Shown here piece by piece: positions 37,499 to 51,400 of a stretch of DNA of 64,000 nucleotides. The stretch is taken from NCBI RefSeq assembly GCF_964355755.1, contig NC_092671.1, positions 7,812,001 to 7,876,000 on the forward strand, read 5' to 3'. The notes beneath the pieces are model-generated. The model did no database searches. It saw nothing but the letters and a program-made list of their open reading frames with translations, and was not told the DNA's origin. The translations under genes were made by a program, and so were the position numbers. Origin of the DNA: Antedon mediterranea (taxonomy: Eukaryota > Animalia > Echinodermata). Each line of letters opens with the position of its first letter. The stretch's first letter is position 1.

Positions 37499-40400
37499 GG
37501 GTCTTTAAACAAAAATGGTTTCCTAGATGTTTTTGAATCGAAACATCGGTGGGTTGAAACAACTGACATTATACGTATTGTTCTTGAGAGATCCAGTAAT
37601 CTACAGCGGCAGACAATTTTCATTTCTGTCTGATAACAATTACAAAAGGGTTTTGTTCTCATAAAGCATGGCAAGAAGCATCGGTTGGTCCATAATTCAA
37701 TGAACGAACTTAAAATAATGACCTTATGACTTGTAGTACGTTCTTTTATCATACGGCACGTAAACACCAGTTACTATTATACTTATTTGGTGTATATATG
37801 TTAAGAACCGCTTATGAGGAAATATCTATAACGACGAAAAGTTAAATACCAGGCATGGGACTTAATCTGGAGGAGACATAGGGACGAGCATCTTCCTAAC
37901 AAACGTATTTTAGGCCTATTTATTTATTGCAATTCTGAATATCAACAACGTCAACATCGCCCAACAGGCTGGTATAAGTGACAAATATACAAAAATACAA
38001 ATGAAGAATTACTTTGCAAGTTATGGTGAAGTATATGGAACAGTATAACTGTTATAAACAATATCAGTATTAGCGAAATACGTTTACGTTTATTATGATT
38101 CGATAATTATTGAATTAACAAATTAAAAAAAGTCAATTTCTCCATGGTTATATATACCATACAAACAACTTATCTCCATATAATATATTGAGAGGATGTT
38201 TGTACGTTTTGACATGATTTTATCAATGGGAATGAAGACTTTCTATTTGAATGTCTAGGCCTAAACGGTCATAACTTTCGTAATAATATAGGGTAAGATC
38301 AGATATTTCAAGTTTCTCTGGGATATAGTACAAATAATACAATCATCAGACCATAGTATTATTGAATTATCAAGATTGAAATACATGATCACGGTACTCA
38401 AAAACTATTATTGTTCGGTACCAACAATAATCTGCTCTACTTATTGTACCAATTCTTCTATCCTAAATGCATGTTCTCGTTTGTAAATTTTCAAAAGAGT
38501 TCACACAAAGCCTAACTTTTCCTGATCAATTCAATTCTACAACAAAATTATATTGTAGTTATTTATATATTGTTTGATGCTATCGAATCGGTTTAAATGG
38601 GTTAGTTCAAATCTAGTGGAATCATGAAACACCTACCGATTTCCGGCGATATCTGGTGGGGAAAGACATTTTCTAACCCTTAACTTAACCTATATGGCAC
38701 AACGTGTGACTAAAACTGTATTACGGAATGATACTGGTGAAATATCGTGTAAAAAACAGAAAAAGTATATCACAAACACAGGACCTTAAAACATTGAAAT
38801 TGTTATTTAAGACTTACTGAAACAAAGAAAACACATTGCATTACATTGTTTAACAAAGATTAGGTTAATTTTGTTTTCATAAATGCTTTTTAATATGGAA
38901 TTTATTTTCGCAACCAAACAATTATATTTTTTGTTGAACAACAATACAAAACAATAATAGTATAAAACGGTGGTGCAAACAATAGTATTATTATAACTAA
39001 GTGTATTGGTCTTTCCCTGCGGCAAATTTATACTTCTTTTCTAAAGTACTTTTTCAAAAGAGAAATTCAACTTCGATCAATAAAGCGAGAAATGACAAGC
39101 AGTTATTAGTGGGTATAATCGTAATGACTTACGTTGCAATTGTCAAGTTTCTTTGACAACAGGTCGTAAACATTATGGCTTTATAAGGAATAACAAACAG
39201 CACAAGAACAGCTCCTCCCCCAACTAACTCTATTCCTTAAAGTATTATCTCTACCATTTATATGACAAAGAATGTAATCACATTGTTCTTAACCCATTTT
39301 TTTTTTGATAAAAACATTTTTTTTATGAGAATATTGTAAAGAAAAAAAATAAATGATTAGGCTTATATGATCTAGCCAGTTATTTAAGGTATAAATAACT
39401 TAATTTACCATAAAGGATAATACTAATTTTTACATTGTTATTCATGTTTGTACGAACTCAAATTTAATTTAATTGATTGATCAGAAAATATTGTTTCTAT
39501 AGACTTGATTTTGATAAATTTATTTATTTATTTTATTTATTTATTTTTATTTCAACAATATTTTACGAGCATGGTCCATGTCTAGATAAGTATAGAGTAC
39601 GGTAATCGAGCTAACGTTATCACAAATTATTATTAAATTTGATTTGTTATTTCTTTTTGAATGAATTAGCAGATCAGTACGGTGTACATTCTGATCACAT
39701 ACTCCAAAATAAACAAATGATGGCGACGGAAGTCGAGCGTAAATGAATAATCGTCTTTTTTGCGGGAAAAATCACACCAGCTCAATCCAATGACTTTAGC
39801 TTCGACACATTTTAAATAGTAATAATTGAAGATTTAACTGACACACACGCACGCATCCATGCGGAAACCTGAACACGAGGATAAATTGACAATTCTCATT
39901 TTGTGTAATCCCACCCTACTAGTTTAATGTGTTAAATGAGTTAGAATGTTATTTGAGGGAATGTTTTCAAGAAAGATAATCGTCGAGTTAGTTCTATAAC
40001 AATTACCTACGCGACGAACCAATACTCCATGATAACAATTATAGGACTAACTTCACATTAACAAATTGATATAGCAGGGTCTGTGTCGAGGTGAGAAAAA
40101 ACTTTGAAGCATATCTGTCTGTTGTTGAAACAATTACTGTAATTGTCGTCGATGATAATTGTTTAGTTAATAACTCTTGCTAAGTTTAGACGGCCCATCC
40201 GTCAATGTATTTGTTAAAGCAATGGTCCAAGAATTAAAACCAAAAAATAATTGTCAATGTCATTGCAACACGAATTATAGCCTATATCAAGTTAATTGTA
40301 TTGTTCCTAAATAAACATAAATTATAGGACTTATTATTAAGTACATATTATTAGTACATTATTAGTATTATACTATACTGTATATTTGGTGTTATGGATC

Positions 40401-43400
40401 TGTTGGGTTTATATATAATATATATAAATTATACGTGGAAACGTTAAGCCGCTCAGATTATAGTGGACATTAATTAATTAGAAGCGGTTTTGTTGAACTG
40501 AAAATACATTTTAAAAGTTTTACTTGCACCTATAAATGTTGCACTATGAATAACCCATTTTTTATATTGAAGGCTAACAGTTTTAACCCGGATAGACACC
40601 AAACTTGTACAAAGTTCAAAAGACCACACTAACTTTATATTGCGCATGCCTAAAACGGCAGCTGTAGCCGGCAGGGTCAAACTAATACATGAAGTACACG
40701 ACCTCATACATACGTATACATCCGACTGCTCTCGACATTACAAAAGAATAATGTTTACAGCAAAAATAATATAACTAAAACAAGTTCATATTATATAGGT
40801 TGTTATTTCTTTGTTGTTATGGATAAACGTACCAAAGCTTTAATATACAATGTATTTTCCAACAAATGTGACCCAAGGATTAATTTTGGTTTTTAGGTAA
40901 CCACCTATTTGGTTGATGAACGACAGTAACCTAAGATAGCAAGAAATCAAATAATACGGCATTATGAGTATTAACCTACGTTAGAATTAACGAAATGCCA
41001 AATTCTTCAGAAAAATAAATCCGCGACTTATACATAACTTATACACAATAGCTTACCGTAAGATAGATTATGTAAAACATATTAAGTTGGACAATAATTG
41101 TAACGGAGATTCGTTGAGTTTATGCTTAACAATAATGCTTGGTATACCACACTTTGTAATCGCTAAGGTTGTGTCGTGTAACGATTCACCCCATGCAGCT
41201 CATCGATCCCTTTCCTAAAATCAACGATGATTTAACACAATTGAATGTTTTTTTGTATTTAAATTTAAAAATTAGTATATTACGTTATGTAGCTTATATT
41301 ATTGTTATTATGTTCATAGTAGAAAATATATTATGCATGGAATGAATTTGATGAACTGGATAATTGTAGCCAAGGCGAATAGGTCACTCTACATTGGTTT
41401 AATATAATACATCTATTGAAATTTTGATAACGGTATTTTCCACCGGCTCTCTAACACATTGTTCTTGTAATTAATCCTAATTAGAAATAGAGAAATGTTC
41501 TTATAAAATCATTATAATTGACAGTTTCAATGCAAAGAAGTAGACAGTGTGATAGCTGACTTAAGCTTTTCAGCAACAGTAATTACAGAGAAAATCTAAG
41601 AGCGACAGACAAAGTATGAAATTGCTATAACAGCAGGCTCAATCATCGCCTCTCCAAGTGTTTAACGGATGATTATAGGAGATATGATGGATTATTCTAT
41701 TCATTATGTATGTCATTTTTAATGTTACAATCATGTATTCAGAGATGATTACATAGCCGAGAAGTCGAGGCACATGGTGTAAAGTAATCGGTTAAACGAT
41801 AATAGAAAAAGGTGGGTGTTTTGATGCAACGATCATACACCTAATTAGAAAATATTTTTGATAATTATTAATAGTTTATTTAAAGATAATAAAGTTTCGA
41901 TGTATAAAAGCCGTATTGTTTTTGTTTGATTTCACTCTTTGTTGGAGATGTAGATATGGAGATTCGGCCCTGATATTGACAAATTTTTAGCTTAGGAGAA
42001 ATCATAAACCTGAATTAAAAAACTAAAAAAAATATGAGGAAAAAGATGAATAAAATGGGTAGATTTTGTTTTAAAAGAAATATTTAAATTTGCTTTAACG
42101 TTATTAATTATTATATTAGTAATACCATATTGGCAATAGTAAAACATAAAATAAGGTGAATATTATACTGCATGTGTCTAATAATCCACTATTACTAAGA
42201 AATAAAAAGTACAGCTAGGCCTAAATACTTGGAAAGACTAATATGAAAAACAGCGGAAACTATATGTGATATACTCAATGTCTTTTGATTATCTACTTGT
42301 ACTATGTAAATTTCCTCTTGGTGTCGGACTGGACAAGAAATAACCACAAGGTTCTTAAGCCGCATACAACCGGTTCGCCTATATAACGTAGTTAATCTTA
42401 CTTTACTCTCATAGCTGACAAAACTTACCAAGAACCCTAGTTTTCAATAAAGTTCAAATTCACAATTTCCAACATGATATCTACGCCCATTTGTTAAAAG
42501 AACTGTATCAAAACGGCGCCAATAGAATGCTACCTCCTTCGGTTAGAACTAAAACATAATCCTGCGCGGATTAAGCGCTTTGATGGGCAATTCATTATTG
42601 TACATAATTACACTAGATTTCTTCTCCCCTACCCCGATAAGTTGCATGATCTGAAAGAGTTTTCAATTATTTTTAACTTTCATATTTCACAATTACTTTA
42701 TATTTTTTTTTCAATTAAGAATAGTCTACCTTATTTGATTAGCAAAATTGGAATACAACAAAGAGTTAAGTTGTAGCTGTAATTTACCGTTTTAAAAATG
42801 TCAGAATACTCAATTAAAAGATTATTTAATCATTTTATAATTTAGAAGAAAATAATTGATCATTAAGCAACCGTTGTAAGATAACATGATAACGATGAGG
42901 TTTTAGTCTCTTGACAGAATATTTTTACAAACTATATATACCTATGCACTATATATATTATTATAATCAGTTTTTTAAAATTGTTATGCAACTAATATTG
43001 TAAGAGGCTTGTTGCAATTTTCTTTGATTACAATTTCAATCTAGTACAAACTATAAATTATTTCATTCGGTCTCCAGTAATTATAGGGCCTACAATTATT
43101 CTAACCTGGTGCGATTTTCTCATGACAAAGAATGGTATACAAAAAACAAACATCTGGAATCAGATGTATATATTATTGTATTTGCTCTTGTACCAGTCAA
43201 ATATTTTCACACGGCCTTCGAACACAATTTTTATTTCGATTGAGGTCCCAGGAGGAGGGCATGGAAGCCATGTTAATGTTTGTAGGTGAGGGGTTACTTA
43301 TATAATATTTTATATACGATTTATATACTGTATAATATTTATGCATACATCAAGACATACATTTTTCCTTTCCGCATTTTTGGTTAGATCGTATTTTTAT

Positions 43401-43562
43401 CAATTATTTAAATCATGAAACAAAACAAAGCGAAATGTAATTAATAATATGTAATATATATTTTTCTGTTTTGGAATGATTATGACTGCATGATAATATT
43501 ATATTAAAGATATAAGATATTTGTATGGTCACTTTACTGTCATAATAAAGTAAAATAATAAA

Positions 43563-43700
43563 TTTGCACTGATATGAGGAAGGGTTAGTGTTACCAGAAA
43601 GCTCTGAAATTTTGTTCAGGCTGTTTTCTTTATCGTTTTGATTTAGATTAAAAAATCAATCTCCGTTAGGATCCACCACTGATATACCCACAGTACTGAA
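43563..43700 (+). mobile_element. Penelope-like terminal repeat fragment, copy C (degenerate hammerhead), in gene 2 intron
   Basis: TTGCACTGAT(ATGAG)GAAGGGTTAGTGTTACCAGAAAGCTCTG...GGCTGTTTT...CGTTTTGATTTAG...GATCCACCACTGATATACCCACAG, colinear with the reverse complement of copy B. Confidence 0.6.
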
Positions 43701-45179
43701 TTTTCATATTTCAGTAATGTGCCTTTAGATTCATATATTAATAAATAGTGATATTCATGATTTATAATATATTCGTTAGATAAACTGTATAAACATTCTA
43801 CGATTGGCAGTTTATTCATACTTTCCGACTTACAAACTATAGGCCTAACTAAACAAATTATTAAAAGTGACATATTGTATTAATCTATTTTTGATATAGA
43901 AATCACCAATAGCAGCAGTCTAATTTGGAAATTTGTATAATTATATAAAATGTGTTTGTACATTATTCCTTATACAAACTGTTGGGTTACATTGGGTCCA
44001 AAATGATCGAAATAGGAAAGTTTTAAACTACAGTAAATTTGAAAACCGTCACGGGAAAGGTATCTTACTTAGTTTTATATAAATTGTTCTAGTTAACAAT
44101 AGCTGATTTTTCCTCCAGGACACTTTCCTTGATTGCGGGTATAGGATTAAATCAATAACAGCAGTGTGTGTAGTGTACGAAGCTATTACAGAGTAAAGTG
44201 AAAGTTAAAATGGACGTTGTATTCAATTAAACATTTTTTTTAAATTTCAAATGTTCCATAACATGCTATTATCAAATAAAATTATTATAATTATTGTAAT
44301 ATATGAATATTGAGACTTTTCCATTCGAATTTGAACATGGAGGCTGGTTTAATGGTATATTTAAGCAAAGGTTTGAGAAATCAAACTGGATATTTCACTC
44401 TCCCAGATATTTCTCAATGTACTATTTAGGAATATTTAAATGATGTCTGAACTATATTAATTTAAAAATTATGATTCAATTAACACAGGTTCGCGAGAAA
44501 CACGCACAAATGATAAATTACTATTCAACTTCATACAAGTTATATTTTATATATTTTTGTCAGTGTAGAAAATATTATCTTCTCTCAACGAGTCATAAAT
44601 GATTGTACCATTTTAGCTATGGAATGTTACAAAAAACAAAGGTTCACATTTTACAGAAGGCAAAATACACCTCTATGAGGAAAGTACTCCAAATCATTAA
44701 TAATTTGTTGAAAAAAATCAATCAGTCTGACGTTTCAATTGACATTTTTTTTGAGTTAGCCAAAGTGACAGAATTCGATTTACAGTCAAAATAAGAAGCT
44801 TTGAGAAAATCAGTCGGTTTGACAAAGCTCTGTTAGGCGGAAAGCACGTCACAGAAAATGAAATATTACAAGACTAACTGAGACGCTTAATACCTTATGA
44901 TTAGCTGTAGAATATAAAAGATCAAACTCCCTCAATCGACGTGTTACTAAACTGGAATCAATCACAGTATTGTAGCTATCTAGCGACCAAAACAAACTTT
45001 TTTGCTGTTACTAATTCAGAATAATACTAATAACTATGTACACTAACTTTGCTATTATTATATCATTGCTACTATACTTATATAATAATATTACTTTTAA
45101 TAATTATACCCCTCTAGGAGTGATATTAACTAAACAAATAATTAAAATGTTTTAGTGATTGTTAATGTTATTTTAAAAA

Positions 45180-45330
45180 TTATCCTAACAGTATTACTTT
45201 TAATTTAAACAATTAACAGTTATTAATAAAACAAATAATTAAATTTAAATAATTTGTTTATTATCCTAACGGTATTACTTTTAATTTAAAAAAAATAACT
45301 GTTAATAATAAGACAAATAATTATAATTTA
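45180..45330. repeat. Tandem duplication, ~81-bp unit, 2 copies
   Basis: TTATCCTAAC(A/G)GTATTACTTTTAATTTAAA...TAAC.GTTA.TAATAA.ACAAATAATTA at 45180 and 45261. Confidence 0.8.
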
Positions 45331-46443
45331 TTGTTTCTTTTTTCATTATATTTAACATAATATTTCATTGTAGTTAACAATGTTATTTTGTCACGATACT
45401 ACGACCATGTGTAAAAAAACAGTAACAACAAAACTGTGTCATTAATGTTTTGTAGTTCACTAGTGTGAACAGCTTTGTAAACCATATAAGCCTAAAACAA
45501 TATTTAAGTTGCTCTGCTGTTTGATTTTGAATGTTGAAGTATTGAAATTATTATATTATACATTAGTGAATGTATAATATTTATCAAATGAAGAATGTAG
45601 GCATACATGCTTACTCTACTGTAAACATGGGTTGCAATAATATTCTAAACCAACTGGTTCAATTATTTCCGTTTCTTCAACAATGGATTTTGCTACGACT
45701 GTTAGGAAGCATCAAAATAAACATACAAGTTTAAAATAAGTGTAAGCCTATGTATGATTATAATCGCTAAAGTTAGTAGACCAAGCTATACTTATAACAA
45801 ATAAGATATGCTTGTGTTGCATTAGAATCAGAAGATACCGGTAGTGTCAGTAGAGTATACACAATAGCATTCAAGGACAAAATGAACGCGCTAAAAATGA
45901 ATTGTCAATTTAATTTACATTTTCTTTATACTGTAAACACAACGGTGTAAGATAATCTACAGTACTCCATGTTTAAACTTCAATGAATTAACAAGAAGCT
46001 AATTCTGTTAAATATCTAACTACCTTGACATATTCTTCTTATTACAACATTTTTAATGTTCGTCGAGAAAGATTCAAGACAAATATAAACTTCAGAAAAA
46101 ATATATATATTCATCGTAAAATATTAAGTATGAACATTAAATGACAAACTAATCCGCTTGTATTAATTATTATCAATTAATAGATAGTAACAAAACTACT
46201 GGTTTATGACCTATCATATAAGTTACATGACTCGAGTTGTTAAGTCGTTAATACGTTTTAGTACTATAGTAGACCTATATTTATTTCATTGTAAAGGTAA
46301 TAAAAACATTATGTATAGTAATAAGTAATGATCTTTTAACTAAGTTTTACAACAGAAATATTTTAAAGTGTGTTCTGTTCTAATAGATAATATCCGATTC
46401 AATTTATTACTACTCGTTAAAATAGAATTAAGTTGATTCTTAC

Positions 46444-46918
46444 CTGTAAAATCGAACGGATAACTTGGGTTGTGATGTAAACTGTAACCGGCTGAGTAGC
46501 CCTGTCCTGTCAGATATTGGCACTGTTGCTGGGCAGCATGGGCTGCTGATTGCCCTGTTGATGCTAAAAATGCGGCGTTACTGAAAGCTCCGTTATGGTA
46601 CTGGGTTCGTGTGTGACTTCTTTCGGAGGGTGATCCCCATGCGTTGCCTACGCTACATGCCATGATCTCGCTGTCGCTGTGATTAAGATTCGGAGGCTCC
46701 GATGCGCCGTAACATGAATACGCAGCGTACGGAAACGCACCGTGTTGTTCGCCCGCCGATGACGGCGATACAAGCGAATTCGTGGCCGGATTTCGAGATC
46801 TTGCACTATATAAACTGTTCATGCTTGAGCCAGACGATGAGAGCTCACGTATCTCTGCTGCGCAACTCTCCATAGTATTCGTTCGCGACATCCAACTTTG
46901 TTGCACCCCCACTTGCAT
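46444..46918 (-). CDS. Hox11/13b: Posterior Hox gene 2 (Hox11/13b-like), coding exon 1
   Basis: GC/CpG-rich ORF (MQVGVQQSWMSRTNTMES...YPFDFT), in-frame stop upstream of the ATG. Strong donor ACAG|GTAAG at 46444/46443, phase 1. Confidence 0.87.
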
Positions 46919-47099
46919 GATCGTTATCTGTTTACTGTCGCTACTTAAAATTGTTATCTGTTTAATTCAAAACGATACAATGTCCAGGTTTTATGCCTGC
47001 AATATACTAGACCCTATTCTATTCTGTGGTCTATCCTTTATACACTTGTTTGAGCAATCATCCGTGAAGTGTGCGGTATGCTAATAACTTAGAGGATTG

Positions 47100-47300
47100 T
47101 ACTATCTATTGAAGTAACACGTGACTTGTATTGAAACTCCTTCCTTGCAATGGGTCACTTACGCGTTTGAGTTTAAATGTGTACAATACAACGCCATAAG
47201 CTATTCTGAAGTAAACTGAAAAACCTTAAAGCTATTGAGTGGAAGTTGAAAAGAAGAAGAAGTAATTTGATTGGTCAACTGTCGGTTTCCTTTGAAGTGG
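47100..47300 (-). promoter_or_regulatory. Candidate proximal promoter of gene 2
   Basis: E-box CACGTGAC at 47118; CCAAT on the minus strand at 47274-47270; 200-350 nt upstream of the ATG. Transcription start unknown. Confidence 0.3.
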
Positions 47301-48350
47301 ACACTGGATGGGTGCCTGTATGCTATCAGTCACCTTTATTAGTAGTGCAGTAGTGATAACTTTTTGCGGCGTCTATGTTGTGCAAATTTTACAGCGTTTG
47401 CCTTTAAATTCTTTTAGTTTTTACCACTCATCATGTTGAATTTTCAATAAAGCTAACAGATAAATTGCTCTGTACTATACAAATTTACTTATCGGTGTTT
47501 ATTGTTTAGTCACAGTACATGACTACCGTGTATTAGAATATTACAGCATACAGCCTTTAGTCAATTATGTTTTCTTTCTTTGAAATCAAAATCCTGTTCC
47601 TTTCTGATCAGATTGAATACACTAAATGATAAGGGTGAATTCCCTTCAAAAACTCCAATAACCTCTTTTCAACAAATAACGATTCAGTGTACATTTTCGA
47701 TATATTTTTAACTATCGTTTAATAATAACAATAATCATTACTTAACCAGGTAACACAATAACTTAACTTATCGAATATTTATAAGATTGGTTAATTATTG
47801 AAAATAATCATAATTAAAGCTGTATGTTAAAGCACAAAAGCATTTTTGCTTTTGAAATTAATGAACATGTAAATTCCAACAAATTCTGCAGTTGTCAGTA
47901 GATAGAGTCTAACTGACAATCGCAAGTCATCTAGATACGTGTTTGTATGTATAAAATATGTTTTAATTCATTCATGGCTATCTATTGTTTGTTACTTGCA
48001 AAACAAAATGTGTTTTTTTAACTCGTTCCATTTGCCTCATTAATATTAAACATTGCTTAAACATTTATGTAAAACAAATGTTTAGTTTCAAAAAGCGCTA
48101 CCGTACCATGTTTCAAGAAGTGCGTAATTTGCTAAATTATTTTAAAAAAATTAGGCCTATCTATATAAACTTTTCTCTTGGTTACATTGGCTTAACGTTG
48201 TATGAACAAGAATAAATAATTAAATACAATATAGAACTGGATGATTTATACATTTTTTTCACGCAGAAATAAATTAGAAAAGAAACGATCGTACTGTTCT
48301 TATTGCTCATGATTTTGTTGAATTATTTATCTTTAAAAGAATAATAATTA

Positions 48351-48438
48351 TGTGTCTAATTTCTTTAGTTTTCTTTATGTAACATGTTTATCTATCTATC
48401 TATCGTTGTTATTATCGTCTGTGTAAACGGGCCTTTAA
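48351..48438. mobile_element. Solo terminal fragment of the 37.1 kb MITE family
   Basis: TCTAATTTCTTT.GTTTT...CATGTTTATCTAT...TTATCG...TGTAAACGGGCCTTTAA resembles 37420-37508. Confidence 0.5.
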
Positions 48439-51400
48439 GACTGACAACATTCATAAAATTAGGTCTAGATTGCCTACATAAACAACTAATAAAAAAAATG
48501 TTATTCTACTCTCAGGAAATTAAACGTTTAATGTTTCCGAAATAAAATTATGATCTAAAATAAAAACTTGAATTGAGTATGTAGCTGCTGTTTAAATACC
48601 AATATTGACGTAGCATTTCATTATGGTTAATTAATAAAAACGAGTAGCAAATAGCAATTATAACAATATTTACTGTCGTTAAAAATATATATCTATTTGC
48701 TTTTACACTACATGTAAACAGACCTTATAGATATAAATTATTTATGGTAGGCCTATAGTAATGGTGTAATTATTGGTATAATTTTAAGATTTTAATAAGA
48801 TTGTTAATAATAGTTTTTGGTTATAGCCGTTCATATAACACCATTTGAAAAAGATTTGACTTGTTCATTTGTGATATCAGCATAGATACTTTCATTTTAA
48901 GTGTTACTCCCGTCGAGTCGTGATAGTATGAATAATTGAAATATAATTGAAACTGTGATTGATAGAATTCACTAGACTAAAACAAGTCTTTAATGAAAAA
49001 AAGATTAATTATTACTAATTATAATCATTCACACGCATCAATTATTACATTTGCATACATATTATAGTAACAACATTATAGCTAGAAATTTGGGATTTTT
49101 GTGGAGCAGTAAAGTGCGCTCAAATACTGATGAAGAGCGTACGATGACGACGCGCGTGTGTGCGTACAATTTGAGTCACTGAGAAGAGTTGCACAACAGA
49201 CATGGGACCATGGAGCTAAAACTCCAGGATATTAGGTGAATATTAAAAGTATGAACAACAAACTTCTAATTAATTATCTTTAATAGTTTGAATTATCTAA
49301 AATCGCTTTAAAGGTGTTATGAATCATGCCATAAATGATTGTATTAACATTGTGCTCTTGAATTTAATTTATATTATTATTATTACTTTGTTTTTTCCCC
49401 ATCAAAGTGGTAGTGTGCATTTATAATAAAAAAATAAAATCAATTGCAACATCGACGTTTATTCAAGTGCATCATTTGTGAATATCTATGTCAATTAATG
49501 AAATAATGCTATGAAATTAAGATTAATCGTTTAATTATATAAATATACTACTCGTAAATAATAATAATTTGAAATAGAATTCAAATTATATAAAACATTG
49601 TCAAGCGCAAAATGCATGTTATTATTGAGCTATTCCAATAACGTTATCGATGTTGAATACATACATTTTTTTATGATTACACTCATCCTTTTCTTTTATA
49701 TTTATTATTGTTGTATTATGATATTGAAATTATTCAAGATAAACAATGAAGACACTATTCAAATTTAATTAGCATTATGATAAAATCTAATTGACTGTCA
49801 TACCGTGTATATACACAATGCTAAGCAATCATCAAAACATGCATTTGACATGATGTTTTTTCACTGCGCATGTCTCAACAAGTTTTTTTCACACAATTAC
49901 GTTTTACTATAATTATTTGACTAGGCCTATATTTGAATAAAACAAAATTCTAGTTGTACATATCGGATAATTATAGTTTTTTCATGTTAATACTGTGAGA
50001 TAACAGCATCAGTGAGGTAATAGCAAGACTACGATTTTTTTTGTACGAATTTGAGGAATTGGCAGGTGTTATCAAGGCTTCTCTTTCGTATTAATCCCTT
50101 ACTCTATCGTTTAGCTTTTTTCATTTCTGCGAGCTAACAGATGTACTGCTTTCGTTTTTTCATATTTTTTTGTTTTATAAGCAAGAGTGAAAGTTCAATA
50201 ACTCACTATGTTTTGAGCTTCTCTGAAATATAGTGTTTAGGTGTTGTTAATCCGTGTAATGTTTCCATTTAATAAACTATTATTATGCCTATAGCCTGTA
50301 GTTTGGCCTACATCAAACAACATTGTATTGATTGACGTTATAGTTATTTATTATTAAGTGTAGTCAATTTATTAAAATGTAATGAAATACTATTTTGAAA
50401 TGTCCTTAATTCATTTTTTCACGTACGTTCCTCTCGCAAATTTCCTATACCGTTCGTTATTACATTTATTATGTAATTTATTACAGTTTACCGCTTAAAT
50501 ATAAATTCAATAACGTAGTAAATGTTATGCTTTGTCGAAAATTCGGCGATGTTTCAATTACAAGATATTACAGTTATTATAGATAATAATAAAAGTATTC
50601 AGTAATACTCAGCACGGTAGGTAATTTTCAGTTACAAAAAAAGAGCTTGCTTACCTTATATGGTCTGAAATGCTTCGACGTTTTAAATATAGTCTTCAAT
50701 CCTGCGTAATAGTAATAATAATTTAGGAATTATGATGATTGATAGTAGGCTTTAACAAACTTATAATAAACCGTTATGATGGTATAGTCCACATCTAGAA
50801 TATTTTTTTTTATCATAGACAACCCCATCCGAACTAACTTTACTTAAAGCAAACGCCCATCCATTAGACAAACATTATTTCATCTGTATTGGTTTTAAAC
50901 AGTTTAAGTGTAATAAATATAACCATAATGTATCAATATAAGTATATAATATATATTTATTTATCCCTTATGGGACAATTAAAAAAAGAAGGAGATGGAT
51001 TACATCAGCTTACAATTAAAGTTACGACCACGGATTTCAAAATGTGAAAGAAACCACTCTAGTTAATTTTAGGATATAACTGTTTAATGTTATAATCCCA
51101 TATGTTTAACCTGTTGATTGCTCATAGATCCAAATGGGATTAGTACTTGATACAGTTTTCTATTTCATTAATCCCGGTGGTTATTATAATATAGACAACC
51201 GTCAAGTATTTGACCTAACCGGGTAATACGATTTGCGATCGTATCTACGAAGACAACACACTTAAATATGACAATTCATTCAGACAATCAATATAAACAG
51301 AAATCAGGACAAAAGTAGATTTAAAATGAATTCTTTTTGTTTTGGTTGTGCATCGATGTGCACAAGGTGTTCACTGAAGCACAGAAGGCGACCTGTCCTA

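Larger units (their letters stand above)
36631..46443 (-). other. Intron of gene 2 (9,813 bp, GT-AG, phase 1)
   Basis: GTAAG donor; acceptor TTTTGTATCATTTTTAG ending at 36631. Join gives ...[22 protein letters not shown]... Confidence 0.8.

Noticed and set aside
46782-47084. 100-aa plus-strand ORF
   Set aside because: GTG start, antisense to gene 2 exon 1, no recognisable motif.
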